64,000 bases of DNA. Origin: Hyalangium minutum (lineage in GTDB: Bacteria; Myxococcota; Myxococcia; Myxococcales; Myxococcaceae). Every line of letters starts with the position of its first letter. Position 1 is the first letter of the stretch. Shown in pieces: positions 62,848 through 64,000 of the stretch. The notes under the pieces were generated by a model. The model was not told where the DNA came from. It searched no databases and saw nothing but the letters and a program-made list of their open reading frames with translations. Where the stretch lies: assembly GCF_000737315.1 (NCBI RefSeq), contig NZ_JMCB01000013.1, forward strand, positions 186,001 through 250,000, given 5' to 3'. A program made the translations under genes and the position numbers.

Positions 62848-63495
62848 ATGGGGCTCTTTCCTCCAGGCACAGACGACGTGATCCGCGGGGTGCTCGGCCT
62901 GATGGCGGGGCTTCCCGTGGTGGGCACCGTGGGGCTGATGCTCATGGCCCGGAGCCCCCTGGGCACCTCAGCCTTCGAGCCGGTGCAACAACCCGTGCAG
63001 TTCGACCACCGCCACCATGTCGGGGATGAGGGCATCGGCTGCCGCTACTGCCATGAGGGCGCCTGGGAGGGGCCCTTCGCGGGTGTTCCGCCCACCAGCC
63101 GGTGCATGGGCTGCCACGCGCAGATCTGGAACGAGAGCTCGCTGCTAGCACCCGTGCGCGAGAGCTACTTCCAGGACCGGCCCATTCCCTGGAACCGCGT
63201 CCACCGGCTGCCGCACTTCACGTTCTTCAACCACTCCATCCATGTCCATAAGGGCGTGGGGTGCGTGAGCTGCCACGGCCGCGTGGATCAGATGCCGCTC
63301 GTGCAGCAGGTGGTCCCTCTCACCATGGGCTGGTGCCTGGAGTGCCATCGCGATCCGGCGCCCCACCTGCGCCCACTGGAGCACATCGCCGACATGACAT
63401 GGCGGCCCGCGGGTGATGCCCGCGAGGTGGGCCGCCGGGTGATGCAAGCGCTGCAGGTCTCCCCTCGCACCGAGTGCACCACATGCCATCGCTGA
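62848..63495 (+). CDS. actA: Pentaheme cytochrome c, alternative complex III subunit A
   Basis: Five CxxCH motifs (CRYCH, CMGCH, CVSCH, CLECH, CTTCH), QPVQFDH.HH and WNRVHRLP; directly upstream of an ActB-like gene. Confidence 0.8.
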   Translation: MGLFPPGTDDVIRGVLGLMAGLPVVGTVGLMLMARSPLGTSAFEPVQQPVQFDHRHHVGDEGIGCRYCHEGAWEGPFAGVPPTSRCMGCHAQIWNESSLLAPVRESYFQDRPIPWNRVHRLPHFTFFNHSIHVHKGVGCVSCHGRVDQMPLVQQVVPLTMGWCLECHRDPAPHLRPLEHIADMTWRPAGDAREVGRRVMQALQVSPRTECTTCHR

Positions 63496-64000
63496 AGGAG
63501 CGCTACCCCCTGCCAGTGCTAGCCGAGGCGCCCGACGCGTGGCGCAGCCTCGAGGAGCGCCGTGCCACGCTGGCCGCGCCCGAGGGCGAGTTCCCCCTGG
63601 GAGCCTCCGAGCCGCCTCAGGGGATCTCCCGCCGGGCGGTGCTGGAGCTGGCCGCCTTCGGGGCCGCCGCGGCGGGGCTGTCCGGCTGTTTCCGGCAGCC
63701 TCCCGAGAAGGTGATGCCCTATTCGAAGCAGCCGCCCGAGGTGACGCCCGGAGTGCCGCTGCACTACGCCACGGGGCTCACGCTGGAGGGCTACGTGCGC
63801 GGCCTCGTGGTGCGCAGCCACGAGGGCCGGCCCACCAAGGTGGAGGGCAACCCTGAGCAACCCGAGAGCCTCGGTGCGGCGGGTGCGCATGAACAGGCAT
63901 CGTTGCTCGGGCTGTACGATCCACACCGCGCGCGCGTGGTGCGCCACCAGGGGGAGCCTGTCTCTCGCGCTGCGCTCTTCTCGTGGCTGATCGAGCGCGC
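63483..64000 (+). CDS. actB: TAT-exported molybdopterin-oxidoreductase-like ActB subunit (3' truncated by window edge)
   Basis: Not in the supplied ORF track (no stop in window). Reads MPSLKERY...WRSLEE...ISRRAVL (twin Arg)...GC..PPEKVMPY...GRPTKVEGNP...QASLLGLYDPHR. Confidence 0.8.
   Translation, partial: MPSLKERYPLPVLAEAPDAWRSLEERRATLAAPEGEFPLGASEPPQGISRRAVLELAAFGAAAAGLSGCFRQPPEKVMPYSKQPPEVTPGVPLHYATGLTLEGYVRGLVVRSHEGRPTKVEGNPEQPESLGAAGAHEQASLLGLYDPHRARVVRHQGEPVSRAALFSWLIER

Overview
A high-GC, gene-dense window whose gene content points to a myxobacterium of the Cystobacterineae/Archangiaceae type (inference). Housekeeping genes include accD, folC, lptD, a split complex I locus (nuoA-B, then nuoC-D-G-H-I) and the start of an alternative complex III operon (actA, actB). 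Signalling genes include three class III nucleotide cyclases, a Crp-family protein, a class II phosphodiesterase, two Ser/Thr kinases, an MCP and a hybrid HK / KaiC-like ATPase / receiver operon. The most notable structure is in a ~14.5 kb accessory block between accD and folC. There, a coupled TPR Ser/Thr kinase and FHA-sigma54 activator pair is flanked by three signal-peptide-less, effector-like genes: a Gly/Ala-rich putative membrane-inserting protein, a C39-like cysteine peptidase and a lytic transglycosylase. Each of the three has its own sigma54 -24/-12-type promoter and a tandem array of the same palindrome (consensus GCTGATGAC-N4-GTCATCAGC), so the outline of a self-contained regulon is visible in the DNA. 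Other points of interest are a gene disabled by micro-duplications, a CHASE2 cyclase lacking its catalytic Asn/Arg, FadR-operator-like palindromes at three sites, and a 120-bp intragenic tandem repeat. I found no rRNA, tRNA, CRISPR array, transposase or integrase. All protein family assignments come from motifs read by eye; no database search was run.
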